This document shows, one piece after another, positions 27,107 to 37,532 of a DNA stretch of 42,109 nt; within the stretch, counting starts at the first letter, position 1; the number at the start of each line of letters is the position of its first letter. The notes under the pieces are model-generated. The model was not told the origin of the DNA and ran no database searches. It worked only from the letters and a program-made list of their open reading frames with translations. The position numbers and the translations under genes are program-made. Source of the stretch: a virus (taxonomy: Duplodnaviria; Heunggongvirae; Uroviricota; Caudoviricetes). The stretch lies in IMG/VR virus record IMGVR_UViG_2724679238_000007, positions 1 to 42,109 of that record. One strand, 5' to 3'.

Positions 27107-27949
27107 TCATCCGCGAAAACCAGTTGGAATATAAAATTCCTTTTCTTTTCTTGTAGATAGGACCATATCCAGAGCTTCGTTTACCGTCATGCAATGCGGC
27201 AGATTATCGAAGTTTGATATCCCGCCCATATCAGGAGAACGCTTGTTCTTCAGGTAAGCATATTTCCGCGCTGCCGCCTCTACTTTCTGCTTGAACTCAT
27301 GTTTTTGAGAGCGTTTTTTGGATAACCGCAGATTGTCAGCCTTTGCTTTTGCCTCAGCGATCCATGAAGTCAATTTTTTGAGTCTGGTCGTTCCGGCATC
27401 GCCGGAAACTGATCTTTTTGTTTTTTTAATTTGTGACTTCTTATTCTTTATTGCCACGTCATCCTGACAGGGGGAGTGGGTATCATTTTGACATGGGGGT
27501 GTGGATAAAAAATCAAATAAAGCCAATGTCTTAGCGAGAACGGCTTTAACCTTGGTTGCGGCTGAAGAGATCTTTAATTTGCTTTCAATTAGCGCATTTT
27601 TGGCTTGTTGTGCGAAGGCCAAAAAGGATGGTGTAAACCGGTACAGGTTAGCGCGGCGTTCACGGTGATCGCCGATAACAATCTCTACCGACAGGATTCC
27701 TTTGTTTACAGCTTCACGGAATGCGCGAACGACGGTTGATTGGCTATAACCAGTTTCTGCCGCGATCATGCGGTGAGGCTTGTGAATGAAGTATTCACTG
27801 GTTGTTGCCGCGAGATTTGCACATTGCGACAGGATATGCCCGGCGCTACGGGATAGACCGGAGTGTGTTACAAAGCAGGCCAATTCATAGCCAGAAAAAG
27901 TAAAATCGCTCATCGTTATACAGCTCAGGAAAGTGACTTTAGCCAGCAT
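27107..27949 (-). CDS. repL: RepL-like lytic replication protein (candidate)
   Basis: 280 aa; HTH-like segment (MIAAETGYSQSTVVRAFREAVNKGIL) and basic C-terminal half; immediately downstream of kilA under a C1 operator, the arrangement of the P1 kilA-repL lytic replicon. Confidence 0.5.
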   Translation of the reverse strand: MLAKVTFLSCITMSDFTFSGYELACFVTHSGLSRSAGHILSQCANLAATTSEYFIHKPHRMIAAETGYSQSTVVRAFREAVNKGILSVEIVIGDHRERRANLYRFTPSFLAFAQQAKNALIESKLKISSAATKVKAVLAKTLALFDFLSTPPCQNDTHSPCQDDVAIKNKKSQIKKTKRSVSGDAGTTRLKKLTSWIAEAKAKADNLRLSKKRSQKHEFKQKVEAAARKYAYLKNKRSPDMGGISNFDNLPHCMTVNEALDMVLSTRKEKEFYIPTGFRG

Positions 27950-27978
27950 TACAATGCTGGTGGTTCTTACTACGTCTG

Positions 27979-28779
27979 TTAGCGCGTTGCCGCGACAGGT
28001 ACCAGCACACCAGCATCAAGCAATCGCTTCATTAGCCACTGCTGACCTTTGCCGGTTATACGAGTCGTGAAAGAAATCCTGCTTCCATTGCTTGTATCGA
28101 TCACGGTTTCTTTGAGGGTGAAATACCCACGGGATATGTATTCTTGTTTTGGGACGTTCCTGCGTTCACCGGTTGCGATCAGAATTCCGTTATCACGCAA
28201 CCAGGTGAAGAGATAGTTTTGGCCCAGGCCGAGCACTTTGGCATAGTTGCCGATTAGAACCCCGCTGGCGGTAGCAACGCGTTCGGCGAATTCGACTTTA
28301 GGTGCATCCATCAGCATTTTTTGCTCCAGCCGTTGCTTTTGCTCTGCCAGGTCGGCAGCCAAACGGAGAGCTTCTGGGAGGCTCTGCGGAATAGCAGGTT
28401 GTAATCTTCCAGCTCGATAGTCGATAAATGTCTGGTTTACCTTCAGCCGAAACGCGGGAGAAATCCAACCAGCGTACTCCACTGCGAGCAATTCATGGGC
28501 AAAAGTGCCGCCGCCACGGCCTTCGAACGAAACTATGCAATTCTGCATAGTTTCTTTTTCAAGCTCTTCGATGAGCTGTTTAGCTGACAGCGTTCTTAGC
28601 CATTGAGCTGGCGCTTTATGGGCACCGAGTCCGCTCGCTCTGTGTAGAGCATTAAGGTTGTAACGGCCAGCGCGGTCGGTCGTAATTTCAACACCACAAA
28701 TAACAGGCAGAGTGGTTGAAGGATCGACATTTTGATGAAGGTTTGATATATTCATATCCGCATTGAATGTTTGTTGCAT
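27979..28779 (-). CDS. kilA: KilA protein (KilA-N plus KilA-C domains)
   Basis: 266 aa; N-terminal KilA-N-like region (GRYNLNALHRASG...AQWLR) and C-terminal KilA-C region shared with both Ant copies. Confidence 0.75.
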   Translation of the reverse strand: MQQTFNADMNISNLHQNVDPSTTLPVICGVEITTDRAGRYNLNALHRASGLGAHKAPAQWLRTLSAKQLIEELEKETMQNCIVSFEGRGGGTFAHELLAVEYAGWISPAFRLKVNQTFIDYRAGRLQPAIPQSLPEALRLAADLAEQKQRLEQKMLMDAPKVEFAERVATASGVLIGNYAKVLGLGQNYLFTWLRDNGILIATGERRNVPKQEYISRGYFTLKETVIDTSNGSRISFTTRITGKGQQWLMKRLLDAGVLVPVAATR

Positions 28780-28848
28780 TTTTTCTCCAAATTTGCATCA
28801 ACCTTCAATCACCAGCTCGAAATGGTGATTCTTTGCACTTAGAAAACG

Positions 28849-28865
28849 AAATTTATTAGAGCAAA
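28849..28865. promoter_or_regulatory. C1-repressor operator upstream of kilA-repL
   Basis: AAATTTATTAGAGCAAA is a 16/17 reverse match to the C1 consensus. Confidence 0.7.
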
Positions 28866-28942
28866 TTTTTCTGGCTCGATCCAGATCGGGTTGGTCGATC
28901 TGCTCAGAAACCTGCCAGTTTGCTGGCAGGTTTTTTCTTTTG

Positions 28943-29986
28943 TTAACCTATTGCTACTGGTTTTAACAAACCAGCATCAAGTAGCTTGCGAGTTAACCAC
29001 TGCTGGCCTTTACCCGTTAATTGGGGCGTCAGCCGTATCTGGTAGCCATTTTCATCATCCAGCACCACTTCTTTCACCGTGAAATACCCGGCGTTAATGT
29101 ACTGCTGGCGCGGTACGTTTTTGCGCGCACCAAAAGCCATGAGAATGCCGTTCTGGCGCAACCATGAGAAAAGGGCGTTTTGCTTAAGTCCAACGACCTT
29201 TGCAAAGTTCCCGATCAGGATTCCATTAGCCGCTGATACCCGGTCGGCAAAATCGACTTTAGGGGCTGCGGCCACCAGCTGTTGTTCCAACTGCATTTTC
29301 TGTTCTGCCAACTCGGCAGCCAGGCGTAGAGCGTCTGGTAATGTTTGGGGGATCGATGGGGCAGGGGAGTTTGCCTGCTGCAATTCTTCCAGTTTGTCGA
29401 TCAGCGAACGGCGGACTGCTTTTGACTCGCGCGCGGCGACTCGCAGGGCTTGTTTGTAGGTCATGGTTATGACAACCATAGGCGTACCGCCACCTGGCGG
29501 CACGGTTGCACTTTTTGTGTAACCGTCCTCACCTTCTAATTCGTCGAGTATTTTTTTGATGAATTTGTTGTTCCGAACCTCTGGTTCCCCACATAACTTA
29601 CGCGCTTCATTGACCATCTTTAACAGCGTCTGGCTGTCGATTGTGTCTCCAGTGTTGGAGATAACATTCACAGCTGGTGATGGCGTAGCTGAAGCAACAG
29701 GTGCTGGTTTTTCAACATTCAAATTATTACCGGTCATTCTGCGCGCCTCCTTTCTCATTTCTGCTGCCACTGTTGCGTAACGTAGACGTCCTTGTTCAAT
29801 CAAATAATCCCTGATCTCGGCTATCAGTAGCTTGTTGATCACAGCCTTATCTGTTCGGGTATAAAAACGTCTGGTTATCATGAAATAGTTGGCAATTGCG
29901 CCGGGGATCTCCCGTGTCGGCATACAGGTTGTATGCAGGGCGATCGCTTCGGCTATTTCATTACGGGTGACGAGAGGTTTTTTCAT
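28943..29986 (-). CDS. ant: phage antirepressor Ant, copy 2
   Basis: 347 aa; N- and C-termini near-identical to copy 1 with a divergent middle; overlaps the icd-like stop by 4 nt. Confidence 0.8.
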   Translation of the reverse strand: MKKPLVTRNEIAEAIALHTTCMPTREIPGAIANYFMITRRFYTRTDKAVINKLLIAEIRDYLIEQGRLRYATVAAEMRKEARRMTGNNLNVEKPAPVASATPSPAVNVISNTGDTIDSQTLLKMVNEARKLCGEPEVRNNKFIKKILDELEGEDGYTKSATVPPGGGTPMVVITMTYKQALRVAARESKAVRRSLIDKLEELQQANSPAPSIPQTLPDALRLAAELAEQKMQLEQQLVAAAPKVDFADRVSAANGILIGNFAKVVGLKQNALFSWLRQNGILMAFGARKNVPRQQYINAGYFTVKEVVLDDENGYQIRLTPQLTGKGQQWLTRKLLDAGLLKPVAIG

Positions 29987-30204
29987 AAATCCCCCTGAAC
30001 GTCGGCAGAGAAGGGGAGGTTCCAGTAACTAAGTGAATTGCGCGAGTTAGTTGAAAAACGGGCAGTAAAAATGCAGGGGCCATCAGGCAATTGAGAGCGT
30101 GCTTCGTCTTCTGTTGCTGCGATGACGAAGTGATAGTGGTGTTTTTTACAGGAATAGAAACGCCAGATGAATTCTTGGCGTGCGCAAGGATTGGCATTAA
30201 CCAT
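29983..30204 (-). CDS. icd: Icd-like small protein, copy 2
   Basis: 73 aa (MVNANPCARQEFIWRFYSCKKHHYHF...), paralogue of 2985..3206. Confidence 0.6.
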   Translation of the reverse strand: MVNANPCARQEFIWRFYSCKKHHYHFVIAATEDEARSQLPDGPCIFTARFSTNSRNSLSYWNLPFSADVQGDL

Positions 30205-30240
30205 AGTTACGGCCTCACAATCAGGTTTAACAACCTGCTA

Positions 30241-30328
30241 CCCGCTGCTAAACAGGTGGCAGGACGTGACGGGGTTAGCAGACTGGCGATTGTGAAACCA
30301 GCAGGCCGAAGCCTCCCCATCACGCCCC
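30241..30328 (-). ncRNA. c4: c4-type antisense RNA, copy 2, with an altered recognition octamer (boundaries approximate)
   Basis: Same architecture as copy 1, but the loop octamer is CGATTGTG (30287-30294), complementary to CACAATCA at 30216-30223 (icd RBS) and 30400-30407. Confidence 0.45.
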
Positions 30329-30518
30329 ACCATAATTTGGGCGTAACGCGGTTTTACGGACACAAAAATACCGCAATATCGGATATCTGCGGCTGTCCGC
30401 ACAATCATTCAGGCTGCTAAACCCGGTCGCAGAATTTGCTACGACGGCGAAACTATAAGCCTGAACGATTAAAAGGTCAATATGATGCGAAAAGATAGCA
30501 TTCGCGACTTAAAAATAC

Positions 30519-30535
30519 AAATTTATTAGAGCAGA
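30519..30535. promoter_or_regulatory. C1-repressor operator upstream of c4-icd-ant copy 2
   Basis: AAATTTATTAGAGCAGA is a 15/17 reverse match to the C1 consensus. Confidence 0.65.
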
Positions 30536-30816
30536 TGAGTGTCGTGCAATAGATGTATTATTTGTGATGAAAAATAATGCAGAGGGATATTGTTACTTTA
30601 AGATGGATATCAATAGTCGATACATAAATTAAGTTAGCAATAAACTATTAACTTAAGAAATAATGCAGATGGTGAACTTATCTCTGACTTTTCAGCTATA
30701 CACAATAAGTTAGGGATAGCTTATAAAAAGTTGATTAATTGATATAAGTCAATGGGAGTATTCTTGTTTACTTTCCGTTCTCGTGGTAACTTCTCGCCGG
30801 TTTTTGTTTTTCTGGG

Positions 30817-31338
30817 ATGATTCTTATGTCTAAAAAGTATACTTTATGCGCTCTTGTTGTATCTGCAATTCTTCTTTCTGGGTGTCAATCTAGCGGTGCT
30901 GATTATGCTGCCGATGTTTATGATACCGCTCAATTGAATTCGAAGCAGGAAACAAAGACAGTCAATATTATCTCTGTGCTTCCAGCTAAAGTGAAAGTTG
31001 ATAATAAAGCTAATAAAGAAGCGGCACAGACATTTGGTGCGGTACTGGGAGCTGTTGCTGGGGGCGTTGCCGGTTATAATGTTAAAGGCACATCGACACT
31101 GGGTGCTGTAGCTGGCGGTACTGGTGGTGCGGCTCTTGGTGCAGCGGCTGGTTCTTTGGTTAGTGATAAAACAATTGTTGAAGGTGTTTCACTGACTTAT
31201 AAAGAAGGAACTAAGGTGTTCACTTCAACTCAAGTTGGTAAAGCATGCCAGTTTACAACGGGGCTTGCTGTGCTTATTTCAACTAAAGATAATGAAACTC
31301 GAATTCAGCCAAATGCTACTTGTCCAGAAAAGAAATAA
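30817..31338 (+). CDS. lipoprotein with a glycine-zipper (GxxxG-rich) segment
   Basis: 173 aa; lipobox LLSGC; segment GAVLGAVAGGVAGY...GAVAGGTGGAALGAAAGS; AT-rich codon usage. Confidence 0.6.
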   Translation: MILMSKKYTLCALVVSAILLSGCQSSGADYAADVYDTAQLNSKQETKTVNIISVLPAKVKVDNKANKEAAQTFGAVLGAVAGGVAGYNVKGTSTLGAVAGGTGGAALGAAAGSLVSDKTIVEGVSLTYKEGTKVFTSTQVGKACQFTTGLAVLISTKDNETRIQPNATCPEKK

Positions 31339-31341
31339 TTT

Positions 31342-31881
31342 ATGAATAAAATTATTTTATTTCTAATCTTTTCTACGTTTAGTGTAGGCACTGCCTTGGC
31401 TAACTCGTTGCAAAGTCAAATTGCTGCTATTGCTCAAGCGGAAAATGAAGGGCGAGCTAAAGAGCAGCAAGCTGAGGATGCCAGAAAAGAACTTATTCGC
31501 CAACAAGCACAAGCTGAACGTATTAGAAGAGAAAAAGCAGCATCTGCCGCTGCTGCACGCGAAAAACAGCGTGTTGCTGCAGAAAATGAACGTAGAGCGA
31601 AACGAGAAGCCGAGCTAGCAAATGACAAGAAGCGAGATCAAGCTTATGAGGATGAGCTTCGCAAGCTGCAACTCGAAAGCATGAAACTCGAACTGCAAGC
31701 AAAAGCGGCTCGTGTCCAGCGAGAAAACGATTTTATAGAGCAGGAGTTGAAGGAGAGAGCAGCTAAGACAGATGTAATTCAGTCTGAGGCTGATGCAAAT
31801 AGAAATATTTCTACAGGAAGTAAAGATTTACTGCAAAGCGAAGGAAAAGCTAGAGAGAAGAAAGCTAGCAGTTGGTGGTAG
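31342..31881 (+). CDS. secreted, highly charged coiled-coil protein
   Basis: 179 aa; signal peptide ending ALA-NS; long Glu/Arg/Lys/Ala/Gln-rich helical region; starts 3 nt after the lipoprotein gene. Confidence 0.55.
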   Translation: MNKIILFLIFSTFSVGTALANSLQSQIAAIAQAENEGRAKEQQAEDARKELIRQQAQAERIRREKAASAAAAREKQRVAAENERRAKREAELANDKKRDQAYEDELRKLQLESMKLELQAKAARVQRENDFIEQELKERAAKTDVIQSEADANRNISTGSKDLLQSEGKAREKKASSWW

Positions 31882-31920
31882 TAATCACTACGATTGCGAG
31901 CATACTGTCACAAATGACAA

Positions 31921-32528
<608 letters not shown>

Positions 32529-32538
32529 GGGAGCTGAT

Positions 32539-33150
32539 ATGGGGCTTAATGTTGCTTCAGTAAAGTCTTATGTATCTTCGGCATTAACGACGACATTATT
32601 TGGCTCCGGCGTTGGTGAGCGGGAAGTTGGTAAGCTGACGTCAATCATCATGAACAAAATGCTGTTCGCGCAAGGATGGCAGTTCTCTGTCGAAGTTGAT
32701 GGTCTGGAGGGGGCAGACTTCTTTGCTAAAGACATTACCTACCACGATTACAGCATCGAATATGAAACGATTAAAATCGGCGGAGGGAATATCCTTCAGC
32801 CAACGGAGCGTTCGCCTGGGCAGATAACAATGATGGTCAGGGATACCGTTGATGGCCTCGTTTTGGACTGGTTTAAGACGGCAAAAAGTCGGGTGATCAA
32901 TCCGGACGGTACCGGGAATATACCGTCTAAATATTTGCTCAATGTGCGTATTTATCGGTTGCTGTCCTCCGGTTTAACCAAACTGGAAAATGAGATGACG
33001 GTATTCCCGGTCACTACCGGCGATGTCACCTATGCGCGGGATCAGGTTACGGAATTTAAGTCATTCCCAATGACCTTCGCATTGCACAGCACGTTTAACC
33101 AATCCTCAAGTTCTTTAGCTTCCCTTCTGGGCTTTAGTTTTTCGCTTTAA
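32539..33150 (+). CDS. hypothetical phage structural protein
   Basis: 203 aa; GAGGGAG SD upstream. Confidence 0.5.
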   Translation: MGLNVASVKSYVSSALTTTLFGSGVGEREVGKLTSIIMNKMLFAQGWQFSVEVDGLEGADFFAKDITYHDYSIEYETIKIGGGNILQPTERSPGQITMMVRDTVDGLVLDWFKTAKSRVINPDGTGNIPSKYLLNVRIYRLLSSGLTKLENEMTVFPVTTGDVTYARDQVTEFKSFPMTFALHSTFNQSSSSLASLLGFSFSL

Positions 33151-33164
33151 ATTAAGGAGCAAGG

Positions 33165-34046
33165 ATGCTTTTACCCCTTTTCCCGCTACCATCGCGGCCA
33201 ACTGAATTAATCCAGTTCCGTCAGCCAAATATTGCTGATGCGATGCGTTTCAACTCGATAACACCGGAGGAACAAGAACAGCAGACAACGGCGTATTTAA
33301 AAGCCTTGCTGGCTGAACCTGCGAAACATGATCCACTGAAATGGACGGCACAGGACCGGATTACCGCGTTATGGTGGATATTTACCGGCTCCCGTGAAAC
33401 ACCGGTCGAGACATTCACCTACACCTGTAAACATTGCGGTAAAGAGCATTATTACGATTGCGATATGAATGCTCTGGCTGAAGATATCCAGGTCCTGGAA
33501 GTGGAACCTTTCATTGACGATATTGAGGTGTCTATAGAGGGAGTACCTTATCAATGGCGTATCGTGCCGCTTGATGGTTGGGCAATGGAAATGCTGGAGA
33601 TGCGCCGTGCAGCATTGCCACCTGAAGACGACGCGGAATTCAAAGAAGCGATCGTTGATTTGCGTTTTTGGGAATTCGCTTATCAGTGTGAGCTTTATAA
33701 CGATGTTAGCGGTACTCGTGAAGATCAGGCTGAGCGTCGTTATGAAACGATTAAACGGATGGCCATTGATACTGAATTTATGAAGCTGGCGGCACACATC
33801 CGACTGGCTCATGAAAAGCTCGAACATGGTTTACCGTGCTACATCGATAAAGGTGAAATGCGTCTTCGTCTCCCGCCGCATAAATGCCCAAATCAGGATA
33901 AAAAGGAGTCCACAGAGGGTGCGTATACCCGTCTGTGGGTGCCCTTTCGGGCTACCGACTTCATTCCACAGGTGGGGATTGAAAAGCTATCAGACCTTAG
34001 TGTCCAACCTGGTTTTGTATGGGGGTATACCGATTCAGGACGCTGA
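33165..34046 (+). CDS. hypothetical protein with a Cys cluster
   Basis: 293 aa; AAGGAG SD; TYTCKHCGKEHYYDCD suggests a zinc-binding site. Confidence 0.5.
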   Translation: MLLPLFPLPSRPTELIQFRQPNIADAMRFNSITPEEQEQQTTAYLKALLAEPAKHDPLKWTAQDRITALWWIFTGSRETPVETFTYTCKHCGKEHYYDCDMNALAEDIQVLEVEPFIDDIEVSIEGVPYQWRIVPLDGWAMEMLEMRRAALPPEDDAEFKEAIVDLRFWEFAYQCELYNDVSGTREDQAERRYETIKRMAIDTEFMKLAAHIRLAHEKLEHGLPCYIDKGEMRLRLPPHKCPNQDKKESTEGAYTRLWVPFRATDFIPQVGIEKLSDLSVQPGFVWGYTDSGR

Positions 34047-34127
34047 AAGGCTTACTGAATCCTATGCGTTTTTCCTGTTGGAGAAACTGGAAGAAAAACT
34101 TAAACCGAAACGGTAGGCGATAAGATC

Positions 34128-37100
34128 ATGGAAAGAAAAAGCGCCAACATTGACGATGTTATAAGGACAGTTGAAATCGCCAGCGCAAAAGAGCTGGAAG
34201 AGCTTGCAGGTATCCGGGAAGCTGTTGAAGATTTGAAAGGGGGACGCGTTGCAACTGTTGATCCTGTCTCTCGCAGTGTGTCGGCATTAAATCGCACAAT
34301 CGAAAATTCCCGGCCAGACTTTGTGGCCAATGCGCCATCCGTAGACCCTATTGTTGAGGCAATGAAACGGCTTAATTTAGGGGACGTTTCTCGTGTAGTT
34401 CAGGAGGATGTTGCTCTACAGGAACCGCAGGCCAAATCAACTACGCGAAAGGGTAAAAAACGACGCAAGAAGGCTATAACAGAAGATGTAAAGGCGCAAC
34501 GGACCGAAGCAGCCGAACACGCTCGCGAAATGTTCGGTCAAAAAGGCGGTGCGCAAAAAAGCCAAAACCAACGCGATGCGCGTGGTCGTTTTATTGGAAA
34601 GTCAGGGAGTAAGGCCGCAGCGGAAGATGCCCGTGCTGAACGTGCTGAAAAGGCCAGGCGCAAAGATGATGATGAGCGTCTAAATGCTGAATCAGGTTTA
34701 TTAAAAAAACTGTCAAAAGTAGCTGAAGGCATAGGTAACCCTTCAGAGACTCGTGCCGTCGATGCGTTAGGTTATGCCGTTGCTGGTCCATTGTGGGCAG
34801 CAGGGAAGGAGCTTGGCGGGATATCAAAAGAAGTTGGTGGATCGCTTAATGGTGCCAGAAAGTCTATTGCCGATGTGATTCGTGGCAATGACGATAACAG
34901 CCGTAAAAAAGGTTTTTTTAGGCGTAAATCGCAAAGTAGTGCCGATGTCGTTCAGGTTAACACCCAAAAACGGACGGTTCAGGAACTTCAGGATCAGACC
35001 AGCGAAATTAAAGAGGGCAATGATAAGATTCTCAGCGCCCTTGAGCAGATAGCCAAAAACACCGGGAAAAAGAAGGGCGGCTTGCTGTCCAAATTATTTA
35101 GCCTGTTAGGGAAGGGGGCCGGAGGTGTCGCGTCGTTATTAATGGGGCGTGGCATGCTGAAAAAAGCGGGAGCACTCGCTTTTGGCGCTCTGGGGGCAAA
35201 GAGACTCGTAGGAATGCTACGCGGTGGGGGCAAGAAGACTCTCGCCCATGAAGGCGGAGATTTGGCTGCCCGGGCAGCAGGTAAACTTGGATTAAAGGCA
35301 GTTGGTAAAGGGGCGTTACGCGCAATTCCCCTAGTCGGCACAGTGGCTGGAGGTATTTATGATGCGGTAACCGGTTGGAATGATACAGAAGCGCAACGTC
35401 GAGCGTTTGGGCTTAAATCAGGACAAGATCCATCATTCCAGCAAAAAGCCGCTTATACGTTAGCCAATGTTCTTGATTTGGGAGGACTGGTATCTGGTAT
35501 TAGCAATGTCATTGGTAGTGTTCTCAAATCACTTGGATTTGAGGATATCGGCAATATGTTGCAATCATTTTCGACGGAAAGTATTGCACAGGCCATTGAT
35601 AGTGGAATTACCAATTTAGAAACATATATTTCTAACCTTGGTGATACTATATCCACGACATTTAGTGATTATACCGCAAAGATTGGTGATGCTATTTCAG
35701 GATGGTTCAGTGACACAACAAAGAACTTGAACGAAAAATTAGACGCCATCAAAAACTTCTTTACTGTCGATAACCTGAAACAGGTTTTTAGTGATGCAAT
35801 TGATAGTGCAATTGATTTCATTAAGAACCCAAGGAAACACATTAAAGAGGCTGGCAGTAATCTATGGAGTGCCGCAAAAGAGCTTTCAGGTGAGATTGCA
35901 GATGCTGCTGTTCAGAGCACTCCTGTGGCCTGGGTTGCATCAAAGCTAGTCAATAAAGCGGATGCGAAAGAGGTTACACCTGAATTAAAAATACCTGCTA
36001 AAGAACGTCAGGAGGGCAATGCTCCTAAGACTGAATATATCCCTAAAAAGGCTAATATTGTCACTCGTGTTGTAAATGCATCCCTGGATACAGCGAAAGA
36101 TAGCAATAAAACAGTTAAAGAAACTGCCAATCAGATAATCAATGCAAATGCTGTAGAAACGGGCAATAGCGCGTTGCAGAAAATTGATAAAGCTATTGGT
36201 CAAAATAGCTCGTCATCATCCTCGCTTAATACCACTGGCACCAGGAATGACATTCAGAAAGCTGCGGATACCTACAATAATGGCAACTTGGATGTAAAAG
36301 TCGGAAGTCTTGGAGCTGAAGGTAAGGCAAATCTCGATAAGTTGGCTCCGTATTTTGCTGAACTAGAGAATAAATATGGCCTTCCTGAAGGTACTCTTTA
36401 CGCGATCGCTGCAACTGAATCTGGTGGTGATCCTAACGCAAAATCTACGCTTACAAGATCACCAAATGGAAAGCTAAGTGGTGGCGCTCTCGGAATGTTC
36501 CAGTTTACGAGCGTTGCTCGTGAGGAAACTGGATTATCCCGGGAAGATTCTTTTAATCCGGAAAAATCGGCAGAAGCTGCGGCTCTTCTCATGAGCAAGT
36601 ATCTGAAGCAAGCCAATGGAGACTTAAACGAGGCCATCACTGCATATAACGCTGGGTTTGGCACTATCAATAAGTGGAAAAAAGGCACAGGTGACTTATC
36701 GAAAGAAAACCGTGAGTACGCGATCAAGGTCAATACTCATCGTGCTCGCTATTTAGGTGGTGAAATCTATACACCTGGAGCAGGAGCACAGGGTGGGGCG
36801 CAATATGGAGTGAGGGGACCACTGCCTGATAACGCTGTTATCGATCAGTCTACTGGCCTAGCGTTTACCCCTGGTGATAGCCCGTTTGAGAAAGGCGGTC
36901 TGGTAGACAAAATCGGCAATGCTGTTGGCGTTAACGATCTGGTCAACAAATTCATGAATGGCCGGGGTATGCGTCGGGAAGTCGTTCAGGGAACGCTCGA
37001 AGAACGTGCACGAGGGAAGGGGACCGCAACAGCAGCTGGCAATGTGTATGTTGATACTCCGATGCCAGTTGAAGAGGCGCGTCCGGTGGCCAGCAACTCA

Positions 37101-37532
37101 AGTTACTTTGACCAACTCGGCGCACAAATGGGGATTGATGGGCTATTCGATAAACTCCGCAATGCGCCGGGGATGCGGAAAAGTAATGCGCCTGAACCAG
37201 CCACTACGTCCCAGGTGACGACTGCCGCCAACGATTTGCAGCAACCAACTGGTCGTATGCAGATAGATGGGCAGGTTATTAGTGACCTTGGCGGCTCCGG
37301 TGCCAAGCCGACAATGCAGTTGGCTGATAATACCGTTTCACTTGATGGTGAAACGAAGCGGCTGTTTGCGCAGATGACCTCATTGCTTGCCAGGATTGAA
37401 GAGCACACTAAAGACTCGGCGAAAGGCCAGGGAACTGTCGTAAAGGTCAGCACGCCTCAACCGGGCGTTATGCGCACGGTGCCACTGTCAATTGATGATC
37501 CGTTGATGAATGACTACGCGAGAGTTGATTGA
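34128..37532 (+). CDS. sit: tail tape-measure/injection protein with a C-terminal soluble lytic transglycosylase (SLT) domain (P1 Sit-like)
   Basis: 1134 aa; long Gly/Lys/Ala-rich N-terminal two-thirds; SLT motifs near the C-terminus (AIAATESGGDP, GALGMFQF, AYNAGFG). Confidence 0.85.
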   Translation: MERKSANIDDVIRTVEIASAKELEELAGIREAVEDLKGGRVATVDPVSRSVSALNRTIENSRPDFVANAPSVDPIVEAMKRLNLGDVSRVVQEDVALQEPQAKSTTRKGKKRRKKAITEDVKAQRTEAAEHAREMFGQKGGAQKSQNQRDARGRFIGKSGSKAAAEDARAERAEKARRKDDDERLNAESGLLKKLSKVAEGIGNPSETRAVDALGYAVAGPLWAAGKELGGISKEVGGSLNGARKSIADVIRGNDDNSRKKGFFRRKSQSSADVVQVNTQKRTVQELQDQTSEIKEGNDKILSALEQIAKNTGKKKGGLLSKLFSLLGKGAGGVASLLMGRGMLKKAGALAFGALGAKRLVGMLRGGGKKTLAHEGGDLAARAAGKLGLKAVGKGALRAIPLVGTVAGGIYDAVTGWNDTEAQRRAFGLKSGQDPSFQQKAAYTLANVLDLGGLVSGISNVIGSVLKSLGFEDIGNMLQSFSTESIAQAIDSGITNLETYISNLGDTISTTFSDYTAKIGDAISGWFSDTTKNLNEKLDAIKNFFTVDNLKQVFSDAIDSAIDFIKNPRKHIKEAGSNLWSAAKELSGEIADAAVQSTPVAWVASKLVNKADAKEVTPELKIPAKERQEGNAPKTEYIPKKANIVTRVVNASLDTAKDSNKTVKETANQIINANAVETGNSALQKIDKAIGQNSSSSSSLNTTGTRNDIQKAADTYNNGNLDVKVGSLGAEGKANLDKLAPYFAELENKYGLPEGTLYAIAATESGGDPNAKSTLTRSPNGKLSGGALGMFQFTSVAREETGLSREDSFNPEKSAEAAALLMSKYLKQANGDLNEAITAYNAGFGTINKWKKGTGDLSKENREYAIKVNTHRARYLGGEIYTPGAGAQGGAQYGVRGPLPDNAVIDQSTGLAFTPGDSPFEKGGLVDKIGNAVGVNDLVNKFMNGRGMRREVVQGTLEERARGKGTATAAGNVYVDTPMPVEEARPVASNSSYFDQLGAQMGIDGLFDKLRNAPGMRKSNAPEPATTSQVTTAANDLQQPTGRMQIDGQVISDLGGSGAKPTMQLADNTVSLDGETKRLFAQMTSLLARIEEHTKDSAKGQGTVVKVSTPQPGVMRTVPLSIDDPLMNDYARVD

